This document shows positions 12,861 through 25,200 of a stretch of DNA of 64,000 bases, in pieces; within the stretch, counting starts at the first letter, position 1; every line of letters starts with the position of its first letter. Below the pieces are notes generated by a model, which did not search any database, was not told the DNA's origin, and was given only the letters and a program-made list of their open reading frames with translations. Position numbers and translations under genes: made by a program. The stretch comes from Narcine bancroftii (lineage: Eukaryota), in the NCBI RefSeq assembly GCF_036971445.1, contig NC_091469.1:421476001-421540000 (forward strand), read 5' to 3'.

Positions 12861-14244
12861 TTTTATTTTTGGGCGTGAGCTATGCTGTAAAAATTAATGC
12901 CTACTATAGTTTATAGCATGAGCCCACGCTCCAGAATCAATTGTATTCACATTCTAAACTTGTCAGATAGTTACAAACCACGAATCCTTTCATTAAATGT
13001 ACCGCAAAGAAGGACATATTTGCAGACAGGGTCCAAAGTAAATAAAAGGCAGCCAATAAATAATAACCAAAGGAACCCAGGAGCGTTTTATGATCTAGCG
13101 CGTCTTTCCAGAAAAATATTGAAATAAAAATAAGAATTTTTTTTTCAAAATAAAAAAACACAGTGCTTTGCTTTAGGAGGTTTGGAGCCCTATTAATGGA
13201 GAATTACCACAAAATTGTTTCAGTTTAAAAAAATCACAATAGTTGTAAAAAGGTAGCTTTAAGGGCTGCCTAGAGTTTAATTTACTGTATTTTAAATTCA
13301 TCTAGTTAATACATGTGTGCAACCCAATAGAAAGTTAAAAGTACTCATCCACCATTTTAGGTGTAACTCTAACGAACTTCCGAATAAAACAGACGTTAGT
13401 CCAGGTGAAAGAAAAGTGAGGAATTGCAAAAGCAAAAACCTTAAACATTCAAGCAAAGAGGAATAAATTTCGATCTGTTACGTTTGGAAGTATTTGCTTG
13501 AACGAGAAACCTCGCTTAATCTTCCTGGATTTTTTTTTACATGGCGAGAAATAGGGCTGATAACGTAAATGTTGTAAATGAAAGCCAAAGGAAAGATACG
13601 CCTATTAATGCTGAACAAAATATTGTATTTTACGATCATTGTAAAAGCATTTTTCTTTCAGTGTAAAAACAACTTTGTTGGTAATAGTTTAAGCACCTTG
13701 AAAGAGACAATGAATGAGACTCTTGTAGAATGAAATGAAATCAATGTCATGGTGTCACTTCAAGTACATTAAGATTTTTGACAATCATTTAAAATGTATC
13801 TAGAACTATTAAAATAGAGTTTGCAAACGAATTTAGTTTTAATCCTAAAATGCTCCATGGTTCACTGTAACATCACGCAACCTCCTACATCACAAATCTG
13901 TCTGTCATGAAACAACCCAAAATATGTTATTTTTCCATTTTTATGTATGTGCACCCAATATTTGATAGATACGAAAAATAGTGCCATGGTACCACGAGAT
14001 TAAAAGTGAAAAATTAAAATAAATATATAATGTATTTTGAATATTAGATATTATACCCATTTTGAGACAAGACATGGACATAGATAAGTGCATCCGATTG
14101 ATCACAAATAACTTCTTATTTAAAATAATTTGATGACGTTCTCTTTCTCTGATCATCGCTTCCTCTCCCACCCCCCCCCCCCCACCCCCTCCTCTCTCTG
14201 GTTTATTTTTCGTTTCTTTGCTTTCTGACGTTTTTACTGAACAG

Positions 14245-14519
14245 GAGAAGTGAAAGCTGAAAATGGGGCTAACTGGCTGACTGCAAAGAGTGGCAGGAAG
14301 AAACGATGTCCTTACACCAAACACCAGACGCTGGAGCTGGAGAAAGAGTTTCTTTTCAACATGTACCTGACTCGAGAGCGTCGCCTAGAGATTAGCCGCA
14401 GTGTCCACCTGACTGACAGACAGGTCAAAATCTGGTTTCAAAATCGCAGAATGAAACTCAAGAAAATGAACCGTGAAAACAGGATTCGGGAGCTCACAGC
14501 TAACTTCAGCTTTACATGA
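14245..14519 (+). CDS. hoxa10: HoxA10 exon 2 (homeodomain)
   Basis: Acceptor gaacag|GA, phase 1. Encodes [86 protein letters not shown]. Confidence 0.95.
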
Positions 14520-15409
14520 TAAACACAGAAACTCGTTTGCATATTTTAGCCGGACATTGGGAAGTTGTGCTCGTGTTACTGAAAGACTAAAAACTTTTCC
14601 ACTTACCTCTGACTTCTCAGCCTTGTGCTGACTGTAGATAAATACGATTTATGTGTTTTGTTTTTATTTGTGGCGCTAGTCTGTTTATGTATCTATAATA
14701 ATGTGTTGCCATCGACAAGCAGGGCATGCACGCAAGTTATAGTCCTATATGACGATTTTCCAAACAACTGTGGAGGGATGTCGGGGGGGTGGGGGGGTGG
14801 GGGGGAGGAGGGGGGGGGGTAAGAAGGGTGGTGAACATGTCAACAATCATTTAATTTGTGCTAGTTACCAATTATCAGCTAAGTAAATCGAACATTGTAA
14901 TATTTAAATACAGTTTATGCTGTTGAAATAATTTCACGATGATGTTACTACCATATACTGACATGTTGATAAAGTTAAATGTGAATAAGATGTAAAGTGT
15001 GTTGTTACATAAATATATCACATGCCATGAACGGAAACACTATTGCACATTTAAATGTGAAACATTGTTGAAAACCTAAATAAGTAGAATGTTGGACCTT
15101 TTATTCAGTGCGTCGATTCACATTGAAAAGAAAATAAAATAAATTAGAATTGATTCATTCTGGTTTTGAAAATATGAAAATAATTCACACTGGGAGACTC
15201 CGATTATATGCTGCTCATTGTGTACGTTAACAAAATCATGTGTTTCCTGGAAGATGAATAAAAACCATTTTGTCGGAGTCTTTTGAGATAGGTATATATG
15301 TACATTCTTTTTACTTTATTTTTGGTTCGGTGTTTTCTCCGTACCTTATCTGTTGAGGAAGTTTACTGCAGGAATGGTGGGTTTAAAGACTGGCAATTAC
15401 CGTTGCAAT

Positions 15410-15765
15410 CTATTTAAATATTACCTAGACGGTCGTAATTTGTCTGGGCTATATAGCAATGGTGCTGTAACGTTTGTCGGCTTTTGTTGAGTTTTATGAC
15501 TTGCTAGTATATCTGGGTTGTTGCTGTCTTGGACGAGTGGTTTCAGTTGAGCGAACAGCCACGAAGACAGAGGAAGCAGGGCACTGCTCGGATGGAGGAG
15601 ATTGATTTTCTTTGAACAAAATGCTCACCAGATCTTTTAATCTGCAAAAATCAGAAGAGTTTGAAGAATGAAAAATCCCAGCAGATAGGACATCTGAAAG
15701 CATTCACGATGAAGGTGAGATCTGAATGAAGAGTGAAAACCATGATCCTATATTTAAACGAATAG
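15410..15765 (+). promoter_or_regulatory. Putative promoter and first exon of the pri-miR-196 / upstream HoxA9 transcript
   Basis: Block ttacctagacggtcgtaatttgtctgggctatatagc with a TATA-like element. Donor-like sites at AAG|gtgaga (15714) and TAG|gtaaga (15765), upstream of the miR-196 hairpin. Confidence 0.4.
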
Positions 15766-16333
15766 GTAAGAGATAATTTCCAGAAACTCTTGTTTTGGTG
15801 TATTTTAAATGCAATCTGTGGTGTTAGCAAAGAAAGCGTAAAGCTACTGTATTGCCTATTTTCATTTGGAGAGCGGGGCATGAGAGAAAAGAAAAAAAGA
15901 AAATATATTTCTATTGACTATGTCATCTGACTAGGTCTTCTTTTCGGACAAACCTTGAACTCGTGATTATTGCAATGCACACAAGTTGCAATGACTTATC
16001 ATGACTTGAATGAATGACATGCATTCAGATCGCGTGAAGTCCTGCATAGAGATAATAAAGAACCCCGCCATATTTAGTTGAGACTAAGAACTATTCTCGA
16101 GCTAAATTTACAATTCAATGTATTAATTTGAATCGGAATTCAGCATGAAATCCAGAAACCCCCCTCAATTATTTCGAATATGATTTCGGGGCAAACATGT
16201 TTTGCAAACGATTTTGGTAAAGTGCATGAGAGGTTTGGACGAGAAGAGCGATGATGGTGAGCTCCATTCGAATAAGCTTGTTGAATGTGCATTTAGAATG
16301 CCCCCTATTTATGTGCAGTGGTAGCTGAGATGG

Positions 16334-16417
16334 AACTGAGGTGTGATTTAGGTAGTTTCATGTTGTTGGGGCTAAAGTCTCACTCTACAACACGAAACTG
16401 CCTGAATTACTGCAGTT
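16334..16417 (+). ncRNA. mir196: pre-miR-196 hairpin; mature 5p at 16349-16370
   Basis: TAGGTAGTTTCATGTTGTTGGG is the exact mature miR-196a sequence. The complementary 3' arm is ctacaacacgaaactgcctga and the basal stem is aactg/cagtt. Canonical position between Hox10 and Hox9. Confidence 0.97.
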
Positions 16418-19400
16418 ATCGTCATCGCCAGTAAGTTCTTGTGTTGGTTTGGAAAGAATCGGCAGATACTCAAATAACCGCGAAAAAAAAGTTAAAGTGA
16501 TACGATCAATCTTAAAGTCGCATGTTCTGCAATCGGAATAAGAATTGATAATGAAATGACATGGTAGATAGTTCTTCTGTAAGTCCCCTATCCCCTAAAT
16601 TAATGCAACTGTGTATTTTTTTTAAGAACAGATGAGAAGCCTCTTCATTTTGCAAACTAACGCTGGATTGTGCTTTCGGAACAATGTGGTGATCTGGGAT
16701 TTCTGAAATATAATATTATACATAAGATGTGTTTATTTTTCCGAAGAGCGATCAAGTTCATGTTTAAATTAAATATGATTCATTTTCAGTTCCCTTCGAT
16801 ATATATGCCATGTCACCTCATTCTTTGAAAGTGTCGTTATTAAGCCCATTGTATCTTATTGCAGATTACTGCAGTTACATATGTACGACTACGTAATCGA
16901 TGCAATGCAGTTATCAATTATGTAATGATAAATATTCCACAACTCCATTAGCATTGCCTCAAAGTTACATATTTGTTTGGTACATTCGGCACATTGCTCA
17001 TTTTGTAATTCGCAGCGAAAGCCAGATATAAAACGGGCCCGTGCAGAATGATTTAGGAACGCGTTTTTTACATACGTATTCTACCATGTGCAAGACAAAG
17101 AAATTACTTGGAAGGCACAAGGCCTCGGTTATGATCATTACATGGCGCCTAGGCGCGTAATTTTGTTTTGTTCTTGGAAACAGCGACCTCGCCGGAGTGT
17201 AGTGGAAGCGCTTCTCCGTCGGTGGTTCATGCTCTGCGGAAACTAGACTAAACACAGAAAGCAGACTTGCCCACTATATTGGGCTGTTTAGACGAGACAA
17301 ACAGAAGCTTTAATCTAAGCACAGCAAGTAAACAAGCACAATGGCACTTTATTTTGTTGGTCCAGTTGATTGAACATCCATCGGAATTAAACAATTTATA
17401 ATTGATGTTTCAATGTCACCCTGCAAAGTAAGCATCATAACTAGTTTATTGTCCCGTTTAATGAATATAGAATTACGTTTAGCATGCATATGTGGTAATT
17501 TTTCTGTGCTAAAATAAGCAGAAGAAATTAATTGAGTGAATGAGGAACTCAGTAATTTTGTACAAAGGAAATGTATTTAAATACAATTTCCCATATATTC
17601 ATGCAACTAATTTTATACTGTATTAGCATTGCAATTAACCTGCTGATATTTGATTCAAATAGTATATCTAAAAGCTAATGTGCAATAATAAATTATATCA
17701 TGCAAAAATGTTGTAGAAGTTCATTTGACGGAAAGCAGAAATATTTATTTTGATTATATATTTTTTCCATTGAAAAAAGAGCATGTTGTGAAAAATGTGC
17801 CTTCTTAACCTACTGCATGTTCATATTCTCCCGCGGCCACTGTACTGCCTTGCACAATCGTCGGCAATTGCTTATTGTCCAGCGGAGGAAGTCAAGTTTG
17901 TCCTGGTCAAAACCTCCATTCTGGTAACAACCAGGCTCAATTTAAAACTCTGTACTTCGACACTTTGACTAAACGCATTCTGTCTAGATTGCCCAGGTTT
18001 GATGGACCAAATAGTTCGCCAAGGAATTGGGTAAATTTCTCGTATTACGGATAATTATCGAATAAGCTTAAGTATCGAATGATAATTTAGATAAGTAATA
18101 TACATTTTGTTTCAATTTCATTGTTCTTCAGAAATGACCTATTTGACAAATTTAATAAGGCATATAAAGTGTTGTTTGAAAATCAGTCTGATTGCACCTT
18201 GGATTTAGCTATTTGTGTGTTGTTCACAATCAACTCCAAGGTTCAAATGATTTATAATCTTATAAAAAAAAGGAAACAGCGACAGTTTTGTAGTTTCCTT
18301 CATTATAGTTAAATTAAACGTTCGCATAATGAAACAGTGCATGCAATCCATCGTTGTAATTTTAAGTTCAGTATTTAATTTCGGATTGGCATGAATTTGC
18401 TAAAAAGCGATTCAATTATTCGTAAACACCCCAATATAACGTTTGGCTGAATCAGCCATGATTTGTTTGGCTATTTAGTTGCAAAGCAATCTGACCAATT
18501 TTGATTCTTCACATCTCCAGGATATGATTCATTCTTTTATTAACTATGTTTATATATGGTGTGACTCTTTATCAAATTATTCTGTTTAGGGCAAATTAGA
18601 CTCCAAAACGATGAAACTTCTTTGTCGTCCTCACATATTTTTTTACAAATTGAGCTTTACAATCTCACACAGATGTAATCTGAGCGGAAATAAAGGCGTC
18701 AGCGTTTCTGTTAAATGAGAAGACCGAAAAGCCAAAATATATATATCTAAAAAATACATTTCAAGGCTGTGTCAACCTTGATTTTTTTTTCTCCACTACC
18801 TTTGCCCGTTTTTGCAATGTGCTTCTGGCTACAAGGTGTATTCAATTAATACTTTATTTATAGTCTGTGTAATATCATAGAACAAAACATTTTTTAAAAA
18901 ACGTCGGTATAATACTTCTGCCAACTTCCATTGGTATAATAATCGCACGAAATAATAGATTGTATTGCATATTTACAACAAACATTATTTCAATGTAAAA
19001 ACCAATCAGACTAACTCAATGTTGCCAGTAAAGAGCAATTTTGCTTTACCCTTCATCCGCTCTCCTTGTTGTAATAATAAGATCTGATCGGCGCCTCTGC
19101 CCCAAACTGCCTGAAATTTGAAGTTGGTGCATAACTGTAATCCTAATGTTGTTGAATGATCTGCAAAATAATAATTTATTGGAGAACTTCAGTGAATTGA
19201 ATCCTAAAACGGTATGCTTTTTCCCTTTCTGCTGTTTTTCTATTAATACCCTTGTTCGAGAGCTATAAGTTGCAAACAACTTATGATCTTTCCCAATGAA
19301 CGCCGAAACAAATCCCGAAACTGATAATCTACACCGAACAAGCCATCAAATTCGTAGCTATCCATTCCGGATGGGGGTGGGGAGCAGATTCGGTATAGGG

Positions 19401-20900
19401 ACGTATTGAGTAATCACTTCCATTCGTAACGAATTCAAGTCTATTGTTTTAAAGCACGCATTGCTACAAAATATAAATCTTTAGTATCAAAGCTGGCCGC
19501 AGTGAATTCCAACTTTTGTTTTAATGGCCAGTAGTTTTTTTTTAAAAAAAAGATACACATATCTCCTTTAAAAATTCACAATTTTAATCAGATGAACAGG
19601 TCTTTTTTTTTCTGCGATGTGCAGTCTTAGGTCCCGTCACTTTATATTTATAAATCAACATTTGAATCCAGATTTCAGGTCATCTGCAGAGGAAACGCCA
19701 AACGTCTTTTCCCCCCCTCCCTGAGGCTCAACACTGGACTTGATTCTGCTCTGAACCTCACCACATCACCAGATTCACTGTAACGTTCCGCTGATCAGAC
19801 ACTCATGTCCACAGGCAAGCTAGGGCCGAATCTTCCCAACACCCTCCCCCGCCTACAGCCACAACTCACACTTTAGTCCCCTACCAACCGCGCCACCCAC
19901 CATACCACCCACCACAAGTCTCTTTCCGACCAGTCACCCAAATGGTAAAAAAAAAGGAGAGTAAACAAAAATATAATTGTTCAGATTTTTTTTTAAAAAG
20001 TAATCAGCAAGAAAAGGACTTTGTATTGCAGTTATTCGCATCTCAAGGTTTGTACAATAAGCGGATGGTTGTAGGGCTGAGGGCAGTAGAGTTGAGGAGG
20101 GTAGATGTCGGACAAGCTGATCACCACACTGGCGACAGCACGTTGGTTTGAAGTGGCATCTGAGAATTGCCTTTGTTTCATTATTATTTTTGTGTTATTG
20201 AATTTAACGTAACAGTTGAAGTACTAAATGTTAGTTGCGAGAAAGGCGTTGATTTTTTTTCACGTTGTTGGTGCTGTCAAAGTACCCGAGATATATATTT
20301 TTTAACCTTTGTTCTATTCAGCAGAACTGTATTTTTCTACGGTCCAATCGCCACAGATGAAGATAAACTTAGAATCGAACCGATAAAGCTCAATTGTGAA
20401 TCGACAGTTTCTAATTACATGGACTGAAAGACTCAAGGGTATTTAATAAAACAAATCTAGGTGAAGTGCTAGTCATCTAGGATAACGGTTTTAATATTTT
20501 TTTTACAAATTTTAAGATGCCGCTATACAGAACATTTAAAGCGTGACCCAATGCGAAGCAGTAAAACATTACTATTTTGCTATGCAAGACCTGTGCAGGG
20601 AAGCCATAAAAACAAAAATAACAACGACTGATTCTCAGATACAAAATAAAATATTCCATATTGGAATAGCAATGATAACCATTCTCCGCGATTATAAAAT
20701 GAACGGCCATTCATAGATATGACGAAATATTTATAAAGTTCTTTCATCCTTTAAGTCTTAAATACATTGATCATTTCTTTATTTAAAAACAGGACCGGAG
20801 CATGATACTGGTCTTCTAAAATGTTATTTAGGTTAATTTTAATAACTAAAATCGCCCATCGCTTTAGACATGTACGTTTACACAAACAACACATGACGGA

Positions 20901-21060
20901 NNNNNNNNNNNNNNNNNNNNNNNNNNNNNNNNNNNNNNNNNNNNNNNNNNNNNNNNNNNNNNNNNNNNNNNNNNNNNNNNNNNNNNNNNNNNNNNNNNNN
21001 NNNNNNNNNNNNNNNNNNNNNNNNNNNNNNNNNNNNNNNNNNNNNNNNNNNNNNNNNNNN
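20901..21060. other. Assembly gap (N run)
   Basis: 160 Ns. Confidence 1.
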
Positions 21061-21934
21061 TGTTTAAAGCATAGAATTTCGTTGTAATATTTTATCTTCT
21101 GAGAAGACAGAAAATATATTACATCAGATCATCTACACGGTGGCTGCCGAAATGCACAAATTGCCGTTCACGTTTTATATTTATTATATGTCTAACAGTT
21201 TGCTTTTATTTTGCCACGGAAAGGTAGTTATCTTAACCGTATAAGAGATGAAATTTCCAAATACCGTCAGTGAAGGAAAGCTTTGCAATTTACTCCCCGC
21301 GTAATCCACCAGTGAATGAATGAGACAGAATGTCCACGAATCCGAAGAGAAAGATATGGGAACGACTGGATTTCCGAACAAATTAATATCACTCCTGCAT
21401 CTGCATCTGTCAACCAAAATAGCACGTTGAATGCGGAAGTTGTAATTAATTCTGGTTTATTGTACGTAGAAAGTCGTTTTGCAATGCCTATAGTTTGCTA
21501 ACATGTAGTTTTATTGCTAGAACTGTTATAAAACGGAGACTGACAGAGTGGATTTAATGTGTGTCTCGTTTTTAAAATGAAAAATGCATAGCAGTTGCAG
21601 GTACTCTCGCCACTTCTCAGAGGTAGCCTTTTAAACTTCGTTAACCATTTTTATTTTTAAATATATATTTGTATTTTAGTTTTTAACTAATCATGAATAG
21701 TAAATACTTATCTGATTTAATTTTTCATAGTTTTTTTGCAGTTTATAGTTTCACTCTTTCCATAATATTTTATGAGAGGGTTAACGATTATAAGGTGTTC
21801 GTTAAAAAAAACGAGCATCTGATGGGAAGATTGATTACGGTATAAAGTAGTCCCTTAAGAAAAGAAATTCAAGCAAATATTTTTTGCATTTCAGTTGTCA
21901 GAATGCAATCGTCTTCCTTACATAGAAAGGATTA

Positions 21935-22181
21935 TATCCCTTTGCATAAAAACATATGGAGTTGCTAAATAAAATTATGACAATAAAAGAGTGACCCCGC
22001 AACAAGCTGCGGATTGATTTATATTTTATTGTTGTTTTTTGAATCACGTGGGTAATTTATCCAATGGCGTGGAAGTGCGCTTGCACCATATTAGCGGACT
22101 GTACTTGTCCTGGTGGTAAGTTGTTATATTGAAATCTGCTCTTTCATATTTTCAGAGGAGCTTGCTGTGTCATTGCCGAGA
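21935..22181 (+). promoter_or_regulatory. HoxA9 proximal promoter / 5'UTR conserved block
   Basis: CATAAAA Cdx/Hox site, TGATTTAT Pbx-Hox site (about 22014), E-box CACGTG (22045) and CCAAT (22061) upstream of the ATG at 22182. Confidence 0.6.
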
Positions 22182-22722
22182 ATGTCGACATCGGGGACTA
22201 TCAGCAATTATTATGTCGACTCTCTTATAATGCATGAAAACGAGGATCTGCTATCGTCCAGATATGCATCGGGTCCATTGGCTCAGTCGTCCAGACAGGC
22301 AACCCTTGCTGAGCACCCCGATTTTTCCCCATGTAACTTCCAATCTAAAGCGACTGTATTCAGCACGTCCTGGAACCCGGTTCATGCTCAGAGCTCTGCC
22401 AACATGCCCACCGTTTATCACCCATACATGCACCAGGCACCCATTGCCGCTACGCCTGATGGTAGGTACATGCGCTCCTGGCTGGAACCCATGCCGGGGA
22501 CCTTGTCCTTCCCCGGGCTACCGTCCAGTAGGCATTACGGTATCAAACCTGACCCTGCAGCTCCCCGCAGGAATGACTGCACCACGTTTGAAACACACAC
22601 GTTAGCCCTCTCAGAATATTCTTGTGGAGCATCTCCTGGTGACAAACGTCTGGTCGAGATTTCCTTTTCTGAAAACAGTGGCGAGGTTGAATCAAACGCA
22701 GATAAGATGCACATGGATCCAA
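22182..22722 (+). CDS. hoxa9: HoxA9 exon 1
   Basis: MSTSGTISNYYVDSLI, DGRYMRSWLEP and RHYGIKP motifs. Donor CCAA|gtaagt at 22722/22723, phase 1. Confidence 0.94.
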
Positions 22723-22844
22723 GTAAGTATGGACATTTCACGATTGCTTGTTTTCCTTTGTTTCCTAGTGATTGTACATTAGAACAATTTTATGTACCAG
22801 ACTACTTCATTGAATAAAGAAATAAAAGTTCCCCCAATTATGCG

Positions 22845-22974
22845 NNNNNNNNNNNNNNNNNNNNNNNNNNNNNNNNNNNNNNNNNNNNNNNNNNNNNNNN
22901 NNNNNNNNNNNNNNNNNNNNNNNNNNNNNNNNNNNNNNNNNNNNNNNNNNNNNNNNNNNNNNNNNNNNNNNNNN
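22845..22974. other. Assembly gap (N run) in the HoxA9 intron
   Basis: 130 Ns. Confidence 1.
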
Positions 22975-23381
22975 CGTGTTGTACCTTTGAGACATTTATG
23001 CCAGATAGAAATCTTGTACACACTAAACCACAAAACATTCGTTAAAATAGAGGAAGGGAAGGTATTAATTAGTGACTCCATAATTCAAGTGCATCTGGTG
23101 CAAGTAAATGCGTGGATGGTAAGTTCACTGGATAGACAAAATGCTCATAAAATACAATACAAAAATGCACGCTTTTCTTTGTTATTTTATTTATAGATTT
23201 TGTTCACTGTACAGAGCAATTTGTGTAAATTTGAGAATTTGCGTAAACATATGGGTTTGCAGTAAACAGCTTCATGAATCTATCCTCTTTTATCTGTAAA
23301 GGTGTCTTGATTCTGAGAATATTAGTGTTTGACCAACATGAGAAGGGAAATATCGTAAATGTGTTTCCTTTATACTTTTAG

Positions 23382-23623
23382 ATAACCCTTCCGCCAACTG
23401 GCTGCATGCACGGTCTACTAGAAAAAAACGATGCCCTTACACCAAGCACCAGACGTTGGAGCTGGAAAAAGAATTCTTGTTTAACATGTACCTCACGAGA
23501 GACCGCAGATATGAAGTAGCCAGGGTCCTCAACCTCACCGAACGGCAAGTTAAAATCTGGTTCCAGAATAGAAGAATGAAAATGAAAAAAATTAATAAGG
23601 AACGACCTAAAGATGACCGGTGA
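23382..23623 (+). CDS. hoxa9: HoxA9 exon 2 (homeodomain); not in the ORF track
   Basis: Acceptor cttttag|AT. Translated by hand: [79 protein letters not shown]. Confidence 0.95.
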
Positions 23624-25156
23624 CACGGAGTAAAACATCTTCGAAGAGCAAAGGACTAATTCACCATTACAATCGAAACAGACCCTGCTTAGAAAGACAT
23701 TATGAACATTGTGTCATACCATTAGCACAAATTATTCCTTGGCCAGTTCTGGACTATGCTTGGGGTGAGAAAGACTAATACACTTGTTAGATGCCAACCA
23801 AAGAGGGAGACATCTGCGGCAAGTTTAAGTCTGTGGCAATGGAATCTACCTTTACATGAAAACTACCTTCTCTTAACCAACCGCTATTCTATGCGGACAG
23901 TAATTCCGTAATACTGTATTAGTTTAATATTTTCTTGTTTTACATGCAGCAAACGAGGCTGCCTATATACTTGAATCTTCGTGTATGTTGTGATATATCT
24001 GTGACTGGGCCTTTGTGCTTGGGCGGTGTCTGCGTAAAGATCGTGTAAACAAACAAAAGGAAAATCTCCATTCAACTCAGGATGTTTAATATAAAACTAA
24101 CCGGCTGTGTGTTGGATATGAAATGTTATTTTCGTGGTGAACTTGGGACATATATTGTATTATTTTCACTGTGAATTAACTTGTGAAAACGCCGGGCTTT
24201 ATGCTGTCTTTGTGAGACTGAGTATCGGCCTTGCCTGGGTGCATGACGGTTGTGTTGTTCTACAGCAAATATATGAAACAGAATTGCATAGAATGCTAAT
24301 ATAAGTTTAATTTAAAAGCAGCGCTGAACATACTGCTACACGATACTATTGTCTATTGTGATGAAAGCACGAATAAACTTCTCAGACACTTTGTATTTAT
24401 CGGTGTTGTGGTGCAAAGAAAAGTATAAGATATGGTTTAAAACTACCTATATGTATAACTAGTAACTACCTATGTTTTGTGTGTAAATGTCGCTCTTAAG
24501 ACTGTCTAGATGCATTTATCGATGAAAAAATATTGTTAATCAATGTAAGGATTACAATGTGTACAATACAAGGAAAATATCTGGGTGCAATAGAAAGAAC
24601 ATATACCACTGATGTGTTTTAAATGGGGGTTTCTTTAGATCTCCGAGCTGACACATTTAAACTTGTATACACGTTTGAAATGAATACCTCGTGTCATATT
24701 GACCAAACGATACGGTTTGTAATGAAACGTCATTTTATTTGTTGTCTAATAAAATATATGTTTCACTACATAAAATGAATGGTTTTGCTTCATAGAATTT
24801 AATATATTGAAAGACGTGACAGGATCTCTGTCCGCGACTACATTTAATCAATTCCGCTATACTGTAATTTAAGAATTTTTGAAACCTAAATATTTCTATA
24901 CGCGACTTAAATACTTTCAAGATATTCACCTCTCCCTGTCTTTATGGATGCATGAAATTTGACATATTAGAATTAAACTCTAAGCTTTAAAAACAGCGAA
25001 TAAAAATATATGTATCAATGAAATTATATCATGAAAATATATACACAGTTCATGAAATGTTCACCATTATTATTGAGCTTCTAATGTCAACGGTTTGGTA
25101 AAATCGAACAATCACTTTAAACACATTTTTAAGTTCTTTCTCAAATTATGTTGTTA

Positions 25157-25200
25157 AAATGTAACCCAACGCTTGGATTTCACCAAATAAACAGGTGATG
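25157..25200. repeat. 44-bp direct repeat, copy 1
   Basis: aaatgtaacccaacgcttggatttcaccaaataaacaggtgatg, identical to 26674-26717. Confidence 0.9.

Noticed and set aside
17145-17200. 12-bp palindrome GCGCCTAGGCGC and a nearby weak minus-strand CTCF-like motif
   Set aside because: A single palindrome is expected by chance in a CpG-rich patch, and the motif has four core mismatches.
23378-23638. Antisense ORFs over homeoboxes (also 32380-32664 and 44440-44688) and alternative-frame ORFs in exon 1s
   Set aside because: These are shadow ORFs caused by sense-strand codon structure.
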